From Lingula anatina (lineage: Eukaryota > Animalia > Brachiopoda), in the NCBI GenBank assembly GCA_051362555.1, contig CM120644.1, positions 19,428,534 through 19,492,533 of the forward strand: 64,000 nt of DNA, written 5' to 3'. Positions 1-13,516 of the stretch are shown in pieces. Position numbers and translations under genes: made by a program. The notes below the pieces were generated by a model. It was not told the DNA's origin and ran no database searches. It saw only the letters and a list, made by a program, of their open reading frames with translations. Positions within the stretch are counted from its first letter, which is position 1. Each line of letters starts with the position of its first letter.

Positions 1-232
1 ATTTCTGTATCTTCACTGTCTTGATAGTTTTTAAAATAAACATTTGCGCCATTACAAGAATGATCAGCAAAACGTTTTGTGTGACAGGAAATTTCCAAGA
101 AATTTCCAAGAATTTTATTTAGAATATTAGTTAATCACGAAAACATCAGGGACAACACTGTAAAAAGGCGCTATGTGGGCTTACTTTAAACTTGATACGG
201 GGTTTCAGTTTGGAAGAAAAAAAAAAACTTAC

Positions 233-250
233 CAGCGACTGTGTAGACAT
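233..250 (-). CDS. Possible first coding exon (MSTQSL) of a gene running off the left edge
   Basis: Minus strand reads ATG TCT ACA CAG TCG CTG|GTAAGT, a perfect donor. A CCAAT-containing stretch (~350) and a TAGATGGCGCTG motif (~575-586) lie upstream. The exon is very short and could be chance. Confidence 0.3.
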
Positions 251-1814
251 TGCCTCTTTGCTTTGTTTACAAAACAATTTAATTAATAATAATAATCATT
301 GTATTAAGAAACTTCATTGGACGGCTCCTGTATTGTTTCCTCAACTTTAAACCAATCGGATTGACGCTTCGTTGAAGCTCTCGACCTTGAGTCTTTCTGC
401 TAAATACAAATCACAATATATCACAATATATATCACAGAGCCTGGACTCTGGTCATATTTATTGCAGTGCCAGAACCCTCTTTCTCCTTGCACGAGTTTT
501 TTTAGGAGGCAGGCGATGACCTGTTGCTGATACTGACCGCAGTCCATTAAAAATCCAAAGTCACACCTCTTGCACAGCGCCATCTATACTAAACAATGTT
601 TATATAGCGTATCAGGCAAAGGGTGATGCTGAAAAGCGGGGATTTTCATCAAGTGTCATCTTCCATCAGGACACTTTTTTCTAAGATGGTTCTGTTATAG
701 ATTCTTTTTGCAAACTTTATCGGTGAGTTCAGGATGAGACATCTGAAGTGAAGGACACATTTGGTATCGACTGTGTCAGTTGTTCACTGTTCACATCACG
801 ATGCAATGTGCTTGTGAAGATTTTACAATGTGCTGCTATGGAATTTGCCAGTGTTTTCAGTGTAATTTTCAGTTTATTCAAACATATCGTACCAAAAACA
901 CTTTTTATTTGACAGTCAACTGATCAGGTTATCACAGATTATTAAAGTTGATAAGCTTTATTAGTACAATTTTGAGAAACATTGGACTAGATTTGACAAA
1001 CTTATTAATGTTTAGCTATTTTAAGTCATTGAATGTGCCAGTCTTTTCAATGTAATTTCAGTATTTTCATTTATATTGTTCTTGTTCCAGAGTACCCTTA
1101 CCATGAAAAAGCAGGCAGTGAAAGACAGCACCAAGAGCAGCACTATGTCTTATCCATGTGTACAATACATGATATTTGGCAAGATTTAAGACATTGTCAA
1201 CTATTGTGATAACAACAACCCCTCCCAGAAACCCAATGTAAGTTGTAATCTGCATCTGGCATTGGTAGTAAGGAGAAGTCTTGTATGGGTTGATATTGTT
1301 ATCCAGATGACACTTATAGGTAATTTGCAACCTCTTACACAAACAACCTCAAATCTTCACATTTGCTGTTTTCTTCGACAGTAAATATGACATTGAAATA
1401 TTAGTTTAGGTTAATTCTCACTCTTCTGATTATCAATTTCCAAAAAAACTGATGCTTAAAAAAGACACAGACAACTGATCAGCTTATCACAGATTTTTAT
1501 TGTTGTAAAACTTAATTTGTACAAATATGAGAAACATTGGACAGGATTTGACAAAATTTTTAATGTTTAACTATTTTATGTCATGGAATTTGCCAGTGTT
1601 TTCAATGTAATTTTCAGTTTTCTAAAATATACTGTCCGAAAAATTACTTTTCATTAGACGCAGTCAGCTGATCTCAGATTATTAAAGTTATAAAGCTTAA
1701 TTTGTACAAATTTCTGAAACATTGGACTAGATTTGATAAAATTCTTTATGTTTAACTATTTTATGTCATGAAATTTGCCAGGCTTTTCAGTGTAATTTTC
1801 AGTTTGTTCAAATA

Positions 1815-3476
1815 CAGACTTGACATTTAATATGGAATATTTTTTCCAAATCATTTTTCATCAGTTTTTTTTCCTATTTTACTGACTGATAAATGAAAAT
1901 AAGGATTAAAATCGTGTTCTAATAACTTTTAATTATCTCTTTGATGTCATTGTGACATCAGTTCATTAATGGAATTCGCCAGAGAAGCAAACAAAAACAC
2001 ATTGCCTTTTCTACTTCATACGGCAACCGTTAAATGAGATATTTTAGATCTCCATATTTTCCAAATTATTGTCTGTAAAAGAGTTACACGCTCCACAAAG
2101 GACCCTCATGTCAGTGTCTAGTCACAGTAACAGTCGCTGTTACGCCTGACCTCTTCTGGCTGCTACCAGCGCTCTCAAGCGGCAAGGCATTCCTTGGGAT
2201 ATGTTTTTAGAGTTCAATCTGGAATAACATTCCAGGCATCGGTCGAAATCTGTCCAATTTGGCCCAGTTTTGTTGTAGGACATGTAGGCCATTCATTTGG
2301 CGAGTAATGGCCTAACCACATATTGTCTACGTGGTTCAAATATGGCGGTTTTGATGACCAAGGTAGCTGTTCATTCCCTTGGTTCTCTAAGTAATCTGTT
2401 ATTAAAAGTGCTCTGAATTAACCTGCAATCCCACCCTACAACCTAAAATTGTTCTTAAGGTGCCCCCTATCAAATGATAGTCAAGTGGTTCCCAGATTAT
2501 TCCTTTATTTAATCTGGTTCAGGTTTTCGTCGATGACTGCCATTGGTGTTTTGGCACCAATGTGGTATCCACTTCAAATACTGACGCTGTTAATGACCTA
2601 AGTCACTTTAGAGGCTGCACACACTTCGTCGTTGGCCTCTTCTGGATGTCTGTAAACTCTGTTTTGACTAGTTGAGCGGTACAGGTGAAATCTGACCTCA
2701 ATAAAGAAAGCCACGAGGTTTCAGTGTTCAACCCAGAAACGGTCATGGTCCCTAATTCATTAGAGAAACATACAACGATGTTTTGCTGTTTACAGTGGGT
2801 TCGTCGGAGGTCGTCTGGTATTCTAACCTGCAAAAACCAGTTTGGTGTTCGCTAAGGGCCTTGAAAAATGCGTTTTGGTGGCAATTTAACCCTTATTCTG
2901 AACGGACTGGGTGGTTTTTGTTTAGTTGCAACGGCATATCCTGAAAGACAGTGGGTCCTGTACTCTGGTGGTAAGATTTTAATACATTGGGTGTGGCCTC
3001 TATGTAGGTACATCAGTCTGGGCATTACTCTATAAAACTGTGCGGACCGTTTCGTTTGGCGCAATTAACTGTCTGGCAATGTCTGTCTTTTTCGCGCCAT
3101 TTTGCCACAGATTAACAAACTTGCAAAGCACTGCATAGCTCATTTTACACACTGCAAAACCGACCACTTGCATGCAAAATTTCAAATTCTTCTATGCAGT
3201 AGTTGCCGACGTATGGATACTTTTTTGACAGAACCGTGCTTTGCCAAAGCCAAGCTTTGACCTGCCCAAAGGAGCACTATTCAATTAAATTACTTCATAT
3301 TACATAATGCAGCAGCGTAACAAACCTGGTATTCAGTTAATTGGAAGCGACACACCTGACTACACACTTCTCCATTCACATATCTTATATGAGATATTAG
3401 TATTTTGAAAAAAGAACGCATTTCTACCTAGGCACACCTTCGAAACTGAAATATTCCATATTAAATGTCAAGTCTG
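1815..3476 (-). mobile_element. Tc1/mariner DNA transposon, full length, decayed
   Basis: Perfect 28-bp TIRs CAGACTTGACATTTAATATGGAATATTT (1815-1842 / 3449-3476) with TA on both flanks. Confidence 0.92.
2140..3100 (-). pseudogene. Tc1-type DDE transposase relic
   Basis: Starts MARKRQTL. Later fragments LPWSSKPPYLNHVDNMW (cf. WPSQSPDLNPIENLW) and GMPCRLRALVAARRGQA* (cf. SMPRRLQAVIAAKGG) match Tc1 motifs. Multiple stops and frameshifts. Confidence 0.85.
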
Positions 3477-4127
3477 TATATTGCCTGAAAAAATTCTTTT
3501 CATTAGACACAGTCAACTGATCAGCTTATCGCATATTTTTTTCTTTTTTAATTTTTTTTTCAAACACATTTTCAAGATGTGACTTTTAATTCCCATCTAC
3601 CTGAAGCTCTGTACATATTCTGTTTGTTTTTTTTTTTTTTTAAATTTTATTTTTTACACTTACAGACATGCTCTGAATGCATCAAATGGCATATGCTAAC
3701 AAAATGATTTCTAAAAAATAATGCACTCTCTTCATATTTATGAAACAAACAAACAAAAAATAGATAGCTTAATAAGAAAAGATAAAATGTGTACTTACAA
3801 GGCATTTAATTTTTACTACCAAACTTTACTCATCAGTCATAACTATCATTTTCACTTCTGCTTATTCTAAGTATTTCATCATTTTAAGATGAAAAAAAAT
3901 TAGTTTTCACATAACACAGTTTCCTTTTTTTTTTGTACTTTTTTGTACATTACAAAATGTCATTCTATATTTGCTCACTCAGAATAAAGTTATTATCACC
4001 AAACTTTGGCATGCATTAAATATAAATAGGTTTATGTAATGTAATTCAGCCATAAAATCACTACTGTAGAAAATGAAATGCACCAGAAAACTGCAGGTTG
4101 TTCAGTTTCTGAGCAGTTTAAAGCATG

Positions 4128-5822
4128 TCATTTTTCCAAGTACTGGAATACTTTGACTTTCCCATTACCTTGAGTTATAACCAGCTCTCCATCCTGGTTG
4201 ATGGTACATCCCAATGGTTTATATAGCCCATCAGCTTCAGTTGCTATGTACTGGATGAACTTCCCATCTGGGGATACAAGGTGTATGCAGTGGTTATCAA
4301 TATATGTAACCAGTATGTTGTCATATGCATCAACACAGACACCATAAGGTCGGCCTAACTGGTTATCAGGTCCTGTGTACTGATACAGTGGGTCACCAGA
4401 TGGGGTTAGGATGTGAAGTTTGTTTGGTGACATATCAATGACAACAAGGCACCCATTGCTCATGTATACCATTTTATATGGTTCATTGAATAACTGTTTT
4501 CCTTCTTTGTCCTTTATCACATCAGTTAAAGTTATTTTTACTTTGATATCAATACTGAACACACTCACAGACTTATATCTAATCTGTGCCACAGCAATCT
4601 TAGTACAGCTGTTATTGAGAGCCACTCCCCATGGGAAGTTGACATTTACAGTTTGCTGTACTTCCCACTGTGGTGACAGGATGAACAGTTTGTTATTGTT
4701 GGCACCAGATAGAACCATCCTTCCATCAGGGAAGTGACAGATCCCTCTTGGCCATTTCAGCTGCATGTCTGAGACACTGGTGATCGTCTTCCTAAATGTA
4801 CCATCTGAACTAAAAACCGTGACCTTATCTTCTAAGGGATGTGCAGTAACATACTCACTGTTTGGACTCACTGAAATGTCCACCGGCACCTTACAGCCAG
4901 TGTCAAACTCCAGCACACATTCAGCCTGTGGTTTGAACTTGGGCAAAGCTGGTTGTCTAGATATCTGCACATTCCCCAGACCAGCCCCACTGGATATCTC
5001 TTGGTCCACTTCTGTGTTGGTGGTCAGTGTGAGATTTACTTCTTCAGGTATTTCTTCCACAGCTGAAGTGGACTGTAGCTCATCTAGTTTCTGTCCAAGT
5101 TGCTGTTGTAACATGAGGACATCTACATGTATGGGGGCACCATGCTGAAGGATGTTCTTTACTACATGTGTTGTGGTCTTGATAGAGGAGCAAGTGGCAC
5201 TGCAGTTCTCATAGGAAGTTTGTAAATTCTTTCTGTGAGTACTGCTGGTTTGATGAAGCTCCTGTAGTAAGGTCTTCTCTCGTTGGTCTACCAGTTGACG
5301 TAGGTGAGCTGCACGAGCTTTTATCTGCTGCTGAACAGAGGTTTCATTTTCTTGTAGGTTTGCCATTGCTTTATCAATTTTAGCTAACTTTCTTTCACCA
5401 GTTGCAAGTTTTCTCTGCATGCCAAGAGATTTGGTCTGAAGTTTTGGTTTTACAATCTCTGCAGCTTTTTCAAGGGATATAAGTTTGTGGCCATCATGGT
5501 GTAGATCTCTGCAGTCACGACAAATGGGGTCATTGCAGTCTGAACAAAAGTATCTTATCCTCTCAACTTTGTGCTCAGGGCAGAAAATCTTTTGCTGCTC
5601 TTGGATCTCTTTTTGGTACTCTTTGCTCTGCACCTGTTGGAAAGTGAGCACTTTATGGTCTTTCGTGAACTTGGTACCACAGTGTAATGGAGAACACTTC
5701 TCACATAGGTAGTCATGGCAGGTGATACATTTTGAAGTAGCTACTGTTTCAGTGTTAAAAGACAAGGCACAAAAGCTACAAGCTTTTGATGAAGAAATTG
5801 TGTGTGAAGCCCTCAAGTCCAT
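4128..5822 (-). CDS. TRIM-NHL-like protein: B-box1, B-box2, coiled coil, NHL repeats; no RING in the ORF
   Basis: 564-aa uninterrupted ORF. B-box1 CSFC..CITCHDYLCEKC...H..H; B-box2 CPEH..FCSDCNDPICRDC..H..H; heptad region; NHL repeats (WPRGI, PWGVA, RPYGVCVD, KPLGCTIN). Confidence 0.95.
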   Translation of the reverse strand: MDLRASHTISSSKACSFCALSFNTETVATSKCITCHDYLCEKCSPLHCGTKFTKDHKVLTFQQVQSKEYQKEIQEQQKIFCPEHKVERIRYFCSDCNDPICRDCRDLHHDGHKLISLEKAAEIVKPKLQTKSLGMQRKLATGERKLAKIDKAMANLQENETSVQQQIKARAAHLRQLVDQREKTLLQELHQTSSTHRKNLQTSYENCSATCSSIKTTTHVVKNILQHGAPIHVDVLMLQQQLGQKLDELQSTSAVEEIPEEVNLTLTTNTEVDQEISSGAGLGNVQISRQPALPKFKPQAECVLEFDTGCKVPVDISVSPNSEYVTAHPLEDKVTVFSSDGTFRKTITSVSDMQLKWPRGICHFPDGRMVLSGANNNKLFILSPQWEVQQTVNVNFPWGVALNNSCTKIAVAQIRYKSVSVFSIDIKVKITLTDVIKDKEGKQLFNEPYKMVYMSNGCLVVIDMSPNKLHILTPSGDPLYQYTGPDNQLGRPYGVCVDAYDNILVTYIDNHCIHLVSPDGKFIQYIATEADGLYKPLGCTINQDGELVITQGNGKVKVFQYLEK

Positions 5823-8045
5823 CTTTAGGAACTTCAGTTTCTTTTTGACACATACGGTAATATGCCAAACAATTCGACCAAGATTAATTAATTAATTTCA
5901 TGGAAATGTCAGTTTGGTCGAATTGATTAAAATACAGCAAATGGAAACCTTTGACATCGTCGGATTGTTAGGGGCATCTGCCAAAACGTCCATCTTTCCG
6001 GAAGTATTGCATTTTACCGGAGTGTTACGCAAGATAAGCCGCAATTTTCGCCTAACACGTGTTTCAGGCTTGTTTTATCCTCCTTTTAAAATCTTATTTT
6101 GCTGCTGCACAATATGTGCTAACATTACTTAACATGAAAAAAGACGACAATTATAATTTCTAATTATATATTTCCCTCACCTACGATCATTTTCATGATG
6201 CGCTTCACGAGTGGGACGAGTACTTCCCCAGAGGCGGGTGTGGTAAACAAAGGCCGGTTATATTTGAAACCGGTAGCTTTAGTAGACTTAAACTAGTTAT
6301 GTGATCTACGTACGCCCTATTTGAATTTTAATATGACAACTGAAATCAATCGAATTGAAATTTTTTACCAGTCAGAGATCAGTTGTTTTCAACCCGCAAG
6401 GCTTGCTCAGCGTCGAGGCGTAGACGTACTTCCGAAGAAAATTCAATCACCCGTATCAAAGAATACCAACTGGTACTCAAACGGAATTCAGTGTAACTTC
6501 AAATTACTTATAAGTATTTTATTTAAAAAGCATGTCATATTAAAACATATTGAGAAAAGGCAAAATACGGAGCCTACCTGTGCCGATAGACATACAGTAG
6601 GCCTATCTTGCTGGCACTCTTCCGATTTTCTTACTTATATACTCTTGCTGTGCACAAACCACGGTGCATATTGAAAACCCCACTGATACAACCCGAACGT
6701 AAAAAAAGCATTTAATTGCCATAATTTTCACAAAACAATTGCATTTATAATTTGACGCGAGAATTGAGCACGTGCAGAAATGAAACTGGTCTTATCTGGT
6801 CTGGTCCAGCATAGCGCAAACCACATGTTAATGAAGACGGTCCCATTTTGGGGGAGGGGGGTCACAGGAATGGAGTTCTTTGTGGATTACGCTAAATATC
6901 ATCAACATTTCATGCATCTGGGGAAATAAAAAGTGACTCACAGGTAACGTAAATATCCAGTGGAACTCTCTATGAAGCTCTCATGGAGTTAAGGAAGACG
7001 TCATTTTTATTGTTGACAAATCAGTTATCCATGTAGGTGAACAGCTACACGTGTTCGTCAGATTTTGACAGCGCGTAGTATTTGGCGCCAAGAAGTCTGG
7101 GCGGTCGATCCCGCTGATCTTTCGGTCGATTGTAGTAAATGTAAGATCTTGCGGTTTTGACTTCAAGAACGTTTCCCCATCTGCATATATATTTCAATCA
7201 AACTTGAAAATAAATTGCTTATTCTTCCCAAACTTTTTATTGCTAGCAAACGCTATATATGGTCTATATGAAGGTGTTTACGACGTATTCTACCCACTGT
7301 CGATATTTGGTTTCATCCAGAATGGACCTTTTTTAACACCCCCCCCCCTTCCCCAGTTACGGGCGTGATGAATCAGTCAGCGAGGGCAAGTCTGCTTAAT
7401 TAGCACAAATTGTATGTCTTTAACACTATTTTGTCATCGGGGACAAAGGAAATGACAGGTACGTCATGCTTCCAGATTAGATCTTCAATTAATAGTTTCT
7501 TCCTCATTGACGAGAGCTATTGAAAGGACAACAATTGACAGAGGGCCCGGCATGCAGCATCTATATGACTGGCTTGAAAATTTACCGAGTCTTGCCGACG
7601 ATGTGGTCGAACAATCGGAACAAGAAAAAAATTCTGTCGCATGATTTTCACGTATGGACTAAATGTTTGAGCCCAGAAAAATTAATTTTATAATATAATT
7701 TTTTTGGTCGGATTGACTGGGCCCGTCGAAATGCTTGGCACATTACCGTAGGACATTGGAATTATATCAGATTGGTGTTATATTAGAAATATAAATCTTC
7801 AGACAACCTTTACAAAATGTGCCCACATGGTAAATCCGTTGGATCTTTGTACTCCACAAGGCAAAATGGACAGCTGACAAAATATTCTGCTACATTGGCT
7901 TGTAGGCTTTCTTTGTCATCTATGCTTATACGAGCTGTAGCCATCTTGGGGGCGTGGAATGAACTGCTCTACTGGTAAGAAGAGCAGTTATCTTGTGTTA
8001 TCAGTAAAACCAGTTGCAAAGAATGAGCAATGAATCTATGTGTAA

Positions 8046-8259
8046 GGGCGCATTCCCATAGAATTTAGATCAATCTTTCCCCGTGGGGAGTCTCACTAGA
8101 TCACTGTCAGATAATCCGGCTTAAATGTCCTTCCTGCCTACTACAAGCTGTAAGGGGGTAATTAACTTTCGTGCCTGCTCAGCTGACAGCTATTAAGTGT
8201 GAACCCCCAGGGAGTTAGGTCAATCTAGTTGGATCGATCTAATCTCTGGGAATGGGGTC
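8046..8259. mobile_element. PIF/Harbinger-type MITE, copy 1 (214 bp)
   Basis: Imperfect TIR with core CATTCCCA..TTAGATC; TAA on both flanks; four further copies in the window. Confidence 0.88.
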
Positions 8260-8809
8260 TAATTGTTCCCTTATCAGTGACCCAGTTTGCATACTTATAA
8301 GGCCACAACAGTATGTTATTGTATTTCACTATATTTTATGATTCAAGCATATAATTAGGTTTTATGGGTTTTTTATTACCTAATATATTTTCGATACTTC
8401 ATATATTTACAGACTTTACAAAAGGCGTCGGACATGCCAGGCAAATTTCATCTCAGTCCTATAAAAAATCCTGTATCCTCGGTCCTTATGTCTGGCAAAT
8501 TTTCAAACTGACTGGGAATGTGTAAATATAGGGAATATGTTGTTGTTTCTTTTCTGGATGATATATTTTACTTCATTCGAAAAGAAAAAAGGGATCAAAC
8601 TCCCGGGGAGTTCCCAGCTAATAACACATAATTTATTAATCTCAGTTTCACTCACAAATACTATTTTGTGACTGGTGAGGTTGGGGGATTCCTGGATGAT
8701 GTAATGTACAGTCTTATTTTCATTTTCATGATACCCTTATGCAACAAAATGGCCGCAACACATGTGCTCATGCTTTTTGCGTTTTTTTACCGACTTGATC
8801 CTCTGTTTC

Positions 8810-9340
8810 TTTGTTATCTGTTGTGCACACTACTCTACTAAGTTTTTTGTTTAGAAAGGTGACGTTGTTGAACTTAAAATACTTTGTTGGTGCACAGCGT
8901 GGGAAAAATGAAAACGAAGTGTGGAAGAGAACCAGATTGATTGGAAGTTTTCTGAAATTGGAAAGAAGTAGCCCTGGCAGACTTACAATCTTGAGGAGAG
9001 AAAAATGGTGTGTACCGAGTGTCAGGAGTATTATGATCAACAGCAACATAAATCTTACTGCTTTATTACGGGTTCTGAAATCATCGAACACATATATATA
9101 TATACTTGTACCGGTACATGTACCGTTCACAACCACGAGTTGGATAAAGTGCACATGAACTTGATGAAGGCTCACAGTTTGTGTTGCTTTTTATCAAAAA
9201 TAAATAAGATGAAGAAGGAATTTAGACTCAGGCTGGGCAGTCCCCATCAAAGTTTCAATTGGATGAAAGAGACTGCCTTACTGTGCTGTTTCACAATGCA
9301 TATGTTATTGCCAAAAACAACTGGTTATCTGATTGATAGA
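8810..9340 (+). pseudogene. Decayed hAT-type (ZNF862/C17orf113-like) transposase N-terminus
   Basis: Across frameshifts: PWQTYNLEERKMVCTEC...FITGS...VHNHELDKVH (TTF-like zinc finger PWL-Y..MFC..C..F..G..HE...H), then LFHNAYVIAK (cf. LFNTAYYIAK). Confidence 0.6.
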
Positions 9341-11428
9341 CGTTTTTATAGACATACATTTGATATTACTGGCTACACATTCTACATACTTGTATTGGTG
9401 TTAGTCCTAGTGTCATTCTACAACACCTTTTTTATTGGGTAAAAAGACAACTTGGGCATTTCCTGCAAATGGTCAACCTCAACATAAAATTTTTAAAATT
9501 GCTCTAGAATCTAACAAAGGGTGTCATTTAAAAGCAGAACAGTTGAAGTTTTTGGAACAACTGAAGTTTTCAGAATATATTTTGAATTTAGTTAAGAAAA
9601 ATTCTGTCAAATGTGGTCCTTTTTATAGCTTATTTTTCATAATCTAGTTAACAAATTTAAATTGTGAAAATTTTTATCTTAAAATACATAAACAAAATTT
9701 AGTAGTATACATTAACAATTGGCACATGTCTAGAATTCAACAGAAAAGAAAAAAAATTGATAAAGCTCCTAACGTTTAAAAAAAATTTAATGAGCTTTTG
9801 GTGTAGAGGTCAATGTACATCCGATACAGAAAATACACATTTTTTTTAGTTATTTTACTAAAAAATACTTATTAAAAAAAGCTGATTTTTTTGCAAACCA
9901 CACTTTCACTCCTCTCAATAATGGTACACAAAATAATGTTTTACCAAGGTTTAGTTTTATGTAAATATTAGAACAGATGTACACATTTTTGCGTAACGGG
10001 CGTACATTTTGTGATGAACATCAAGTACAGAAGGTTTTATTCTTCAGTAGAAAAGCCATTAAATAGAAATTGATTATCCCGTCTGATGCATACTGCATAG
10101 CTATGTATCATTGATGAAATGTAAAATTACTAAAAACTGTCAATTAAAATTCATATTATTGAGTTTGGGGTTTAAAACTAGCATTATGATTGTAAAACAT
10201 CTTTATGTGTTCATCATAATCATCATCATCATCATCATCTCTGCTAATTATGGCATCATCATCTATGTTGTGCTGGTCAGAAGATCTTATGAGAATATTC
10301 TAGAATTTGGTAGAACATCCTAAAATTTAGTAGATAAAAACATTGTAGAATTCAGTATGATGACAGTTGAATTCAAGATGTTTATAGAATCTTCTATCAA
10401 AAGTAATCCACAGAAACTCCTAGGGGTTTTCATATCTAGGGGACACATGCACGCAGGCATGCACACACACACGCATCTGTCATGTAAATTACTGCTTGCT
10501 GATTACGGGATACTTTTTGCTGTACTTACTAAAGTTGAGTAAGACCTTACTGAGAAAAAGCATTTGTCAAGTTATCAAATACCATTATAAGCACTTTCAT
10601 CGCCTTAAAGGTAAGATATGCTTAGACTTTTTAAAAATGATGAAGCAATCTTTATTTTGTGACACATTATGTTTATTTTTTTATCTTTTTAGAATGAAGG
10701 AGCAATGATCCACTCACGTGCATACTATTAATTAACACCTTTGTTGTATTTTCATTTGCAGTAAACATCCTTAGTTTATTCTATATATCCCATGATAATT
10801 CTTTTGAGGTGCTGAGTCCTACAAGCAAATAGCAAATGGCAAAGTTTCGAGCAAAATTTAAGCAAGACCCTGACATGATGATGATGATGAACAATAAACA
10901 TTATGATGAAAACTTAAATTTTGTTTTGATTTCAAGCATTGCTGTAGAAAAGGAACATGCAAGTAAGATGTTATAAGCCATTCTAATCTCAGCATGGGCA
11001 AACACCCTAGAGAAGTGTTTGTTGGCTATGTTCCATCTATTAACCATTATGTTAATTGGTCTCAGATTTGCTGGTCACTTCCTAGTTATCAAATGAGAAA
11101 GTTAATTATTATAATTATTCTGTTTTTTATACTGTTCCTGCAAATTTCTATGTAGGAAGAGTTTTAGAATCTTGCACTGGTTATGTACAAACACAGCATG
11201 ATCAGGCCTTTTTTCAAAAGATTTGCTTTTTTCCCCCTTTTTTTTTCAGCATATATGCAACACCGTTAACACAATAAGTGGAAAAACGTTCTATCCTTTG
11301 GTCAGTTCACATTTCAGCTCTCATCATATCAAAACGAAGGCACAAAATCCACTTAGTCAATCTTTTGACTGGCCTAATAAAGTTGGAAAGCTGGAGTGTG
11401 TGCCTCTATCTTTTGTGTTTTGAGGTAT

Positions 11429-11631
11429 TTATGTACAGACATAGATGTGTCTGTACATTTAGCTGGCACCTGTGTCTGTCATCACTGTCACCATGCACTT
11501 TCACTGATAACACGATAAGTGGAAAACCATTTTGCCTTTTGGTTGAAACTTATAGGACTGATGTATATTCATTATACGTAGGTCAAATTCGAAAATCAGC
11601 ATGATCATGCCATTTTCTTAAAAGTTCTGCT

Positions 11632-11663
<32 letters not shown>

Positions 11664-12312
11664 TTTTTTTTTTTTGCTTTTTTCAGCATATATGCAATAC
11701 CAATAACACAATAAGTTATGTCTTGTTTTTGTACATGAGTGGCTTTTTCTCAGACTCAATTCTATGGCATGTTAACAGTCTCATCGTTGAACTAATCAGA
11801 TACTTCAAAGTGTTCTTTTGACATTTTCTGCATCTTAACAACATTCAGTTTATTAGTTGATAATATAAAATGATGGTAAACCTGTTATCCTGTATTGAGT
11901 AATAAAGTGTTAAAAATGGAAATAAAGTCATATCATTGCAGTTTGTCAGATTCAATCATTCACTGTTCAGAATCTCAGAATGGAGCAAATAAGACATACA
12001 AAATTGTTCTGTTGATATTTTTCGTATGCCAACAATTTTCATAGTTGATTATAGGAAAATGACAGTAAATTGATTATTTTGTTTTATGTATAAAAGGTGT
12101 CGAAAATGGAAAACTCATTTCAGCACAATTATCTCCTGTTTACATTTTGCCATTTTCAAGGTTTGATTGTGAACTTCCATGGCCTTGAAGACTTTTGCTA
12201 GTCACTGCACTTTAGCATAATGTATAATTGCATCAGAGTTGACACTATCCTATTTTGTGCATTATTATTTTCTGCTTTTTATCTGTACATTTGACAGCTA
12301 TGTTGCCTTTTT
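11429..12312 (+). mobile_element. HINE/Helentron-like non-autonomous element, family B (short copy)
   Basis: 5' hairpin ATGTACAGACATAGATGTGTCTGTACAT; 3' sub-TIR TCTGTACAT followed by a small stem-loop and a T run; body is homologous to 44421-47440. Confidence 0.7.
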
Positions 12313-12456
12313 TTGGTAAAGCTTACAGTGTGTTGATGGGATAAATGCATAAAGCTCTTATCAATCACTTATATACTCATTGTATGTACTTTGATTATCT
12401 TTAATAAATGATTACCTATATTATCTAGATAATTATTCAACCCTCTTGGAATCTAT

Positions 12457-12503
<47 letters not shown>

Positions 12504-13516
12504 ATAGGCCACATTTTTCTCACAAGTATTATATATTTTAACAATTTTTAAAGCACTTACAATTATGTTTTTATACAAGAAATATTTTGACTACACATAT
12601 GTTAACTTCTGGTACAGAAAGCAACCAATGATACTTGAATCACGTTTTATGTAGAACTATTTTCTGGTTGGTATCTTGTGAGCTGTTGAGGTGAAGGTAA
12701 AGAGAGGACAGTTGGGGGGAGGGGGGGCTCTGGGGGGCGGGTGTGATAAGGTTAATCCAAGAGTATGTGCCATATTGTTAATATTTATATCACAGTGGTG
12801 TCAGGTGTCAGTCTCTCTTGACTTAACTGAAGAATAGTCACATAGACAATCATAGATAAAACCTGCCAAAGTAAAATTTAATTGTGGTTCACTTAATAAA
12901 AGATATAAAAAACAACAATAAATGAATATTTTTTTCTTATTATTATTGTGATAGATCTCTGACAGGAATTTACTCTCCAGACATATAAATTAGCCAAAAA
13001 TACAGCCAATTAATATATTATTTAAAAAAAAGACAGTTATTTGCTATGTTTTAAAGACTAAAATCACCTAATTGACCTAAACCAACCTGCATGGAGTATT
13101 ATATTTATAAAAATTGAAGGTAATAAGATATGTACAATAAGCAGAATATATTTGATTTTATAATCAAGTTTTCGGTCACACAGTACACAGAGGTCCCAGT
13201 TATACATAAAAGTAACTTTAGAAACTGTTCTGTAGATCATTGCACCCATAAAGCAATGATTGTTATTGGATATTTACACACCTTATGCTATTTGTACCCT
13301 GAATACAACCAATTAAGGCCTCACATCTGATTTCAAAACATTACAACATATTTCAAAACATATAATGTATTATTGCAATAGGGGGCAAACCCTCCCCCCC
13401 CCCCCCCCCCCCCCCCCCTCCATGCCATTATAACATGTTAGGACCAGAAAGATTGGTGTCATCCAGAAAACTATACCACTTGATGCAAAGAGAACCTCTT
13501 GTATTCATAACCTGTC

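Larger units (their letters stand above)
830..3540. repeat. Array of ~190-bp related units, interrupted by the Tc1 element
   Basis: CAACTGATCAG(C/G)TTATCACAGATT...GAAACATTGGAC...GATTTGACAAA recurs at ~915, ~1472 and ~1665, and resumes at ~3512 after the Tc1 insertion. Confidence 0.75.

Noticed and set aside
1067-1342. Hydrophobic 91-aa ORF with a GTAAG donor near 1100
   Set aside because: Embedded in a repeat array, with no recognisable family and no linkable exons.
6981-7644. Coding-looking fragments on both strands (6981-7180 minus; 7481-7644 plus)
   Set aside because: No recognisable domain and no partner exons.
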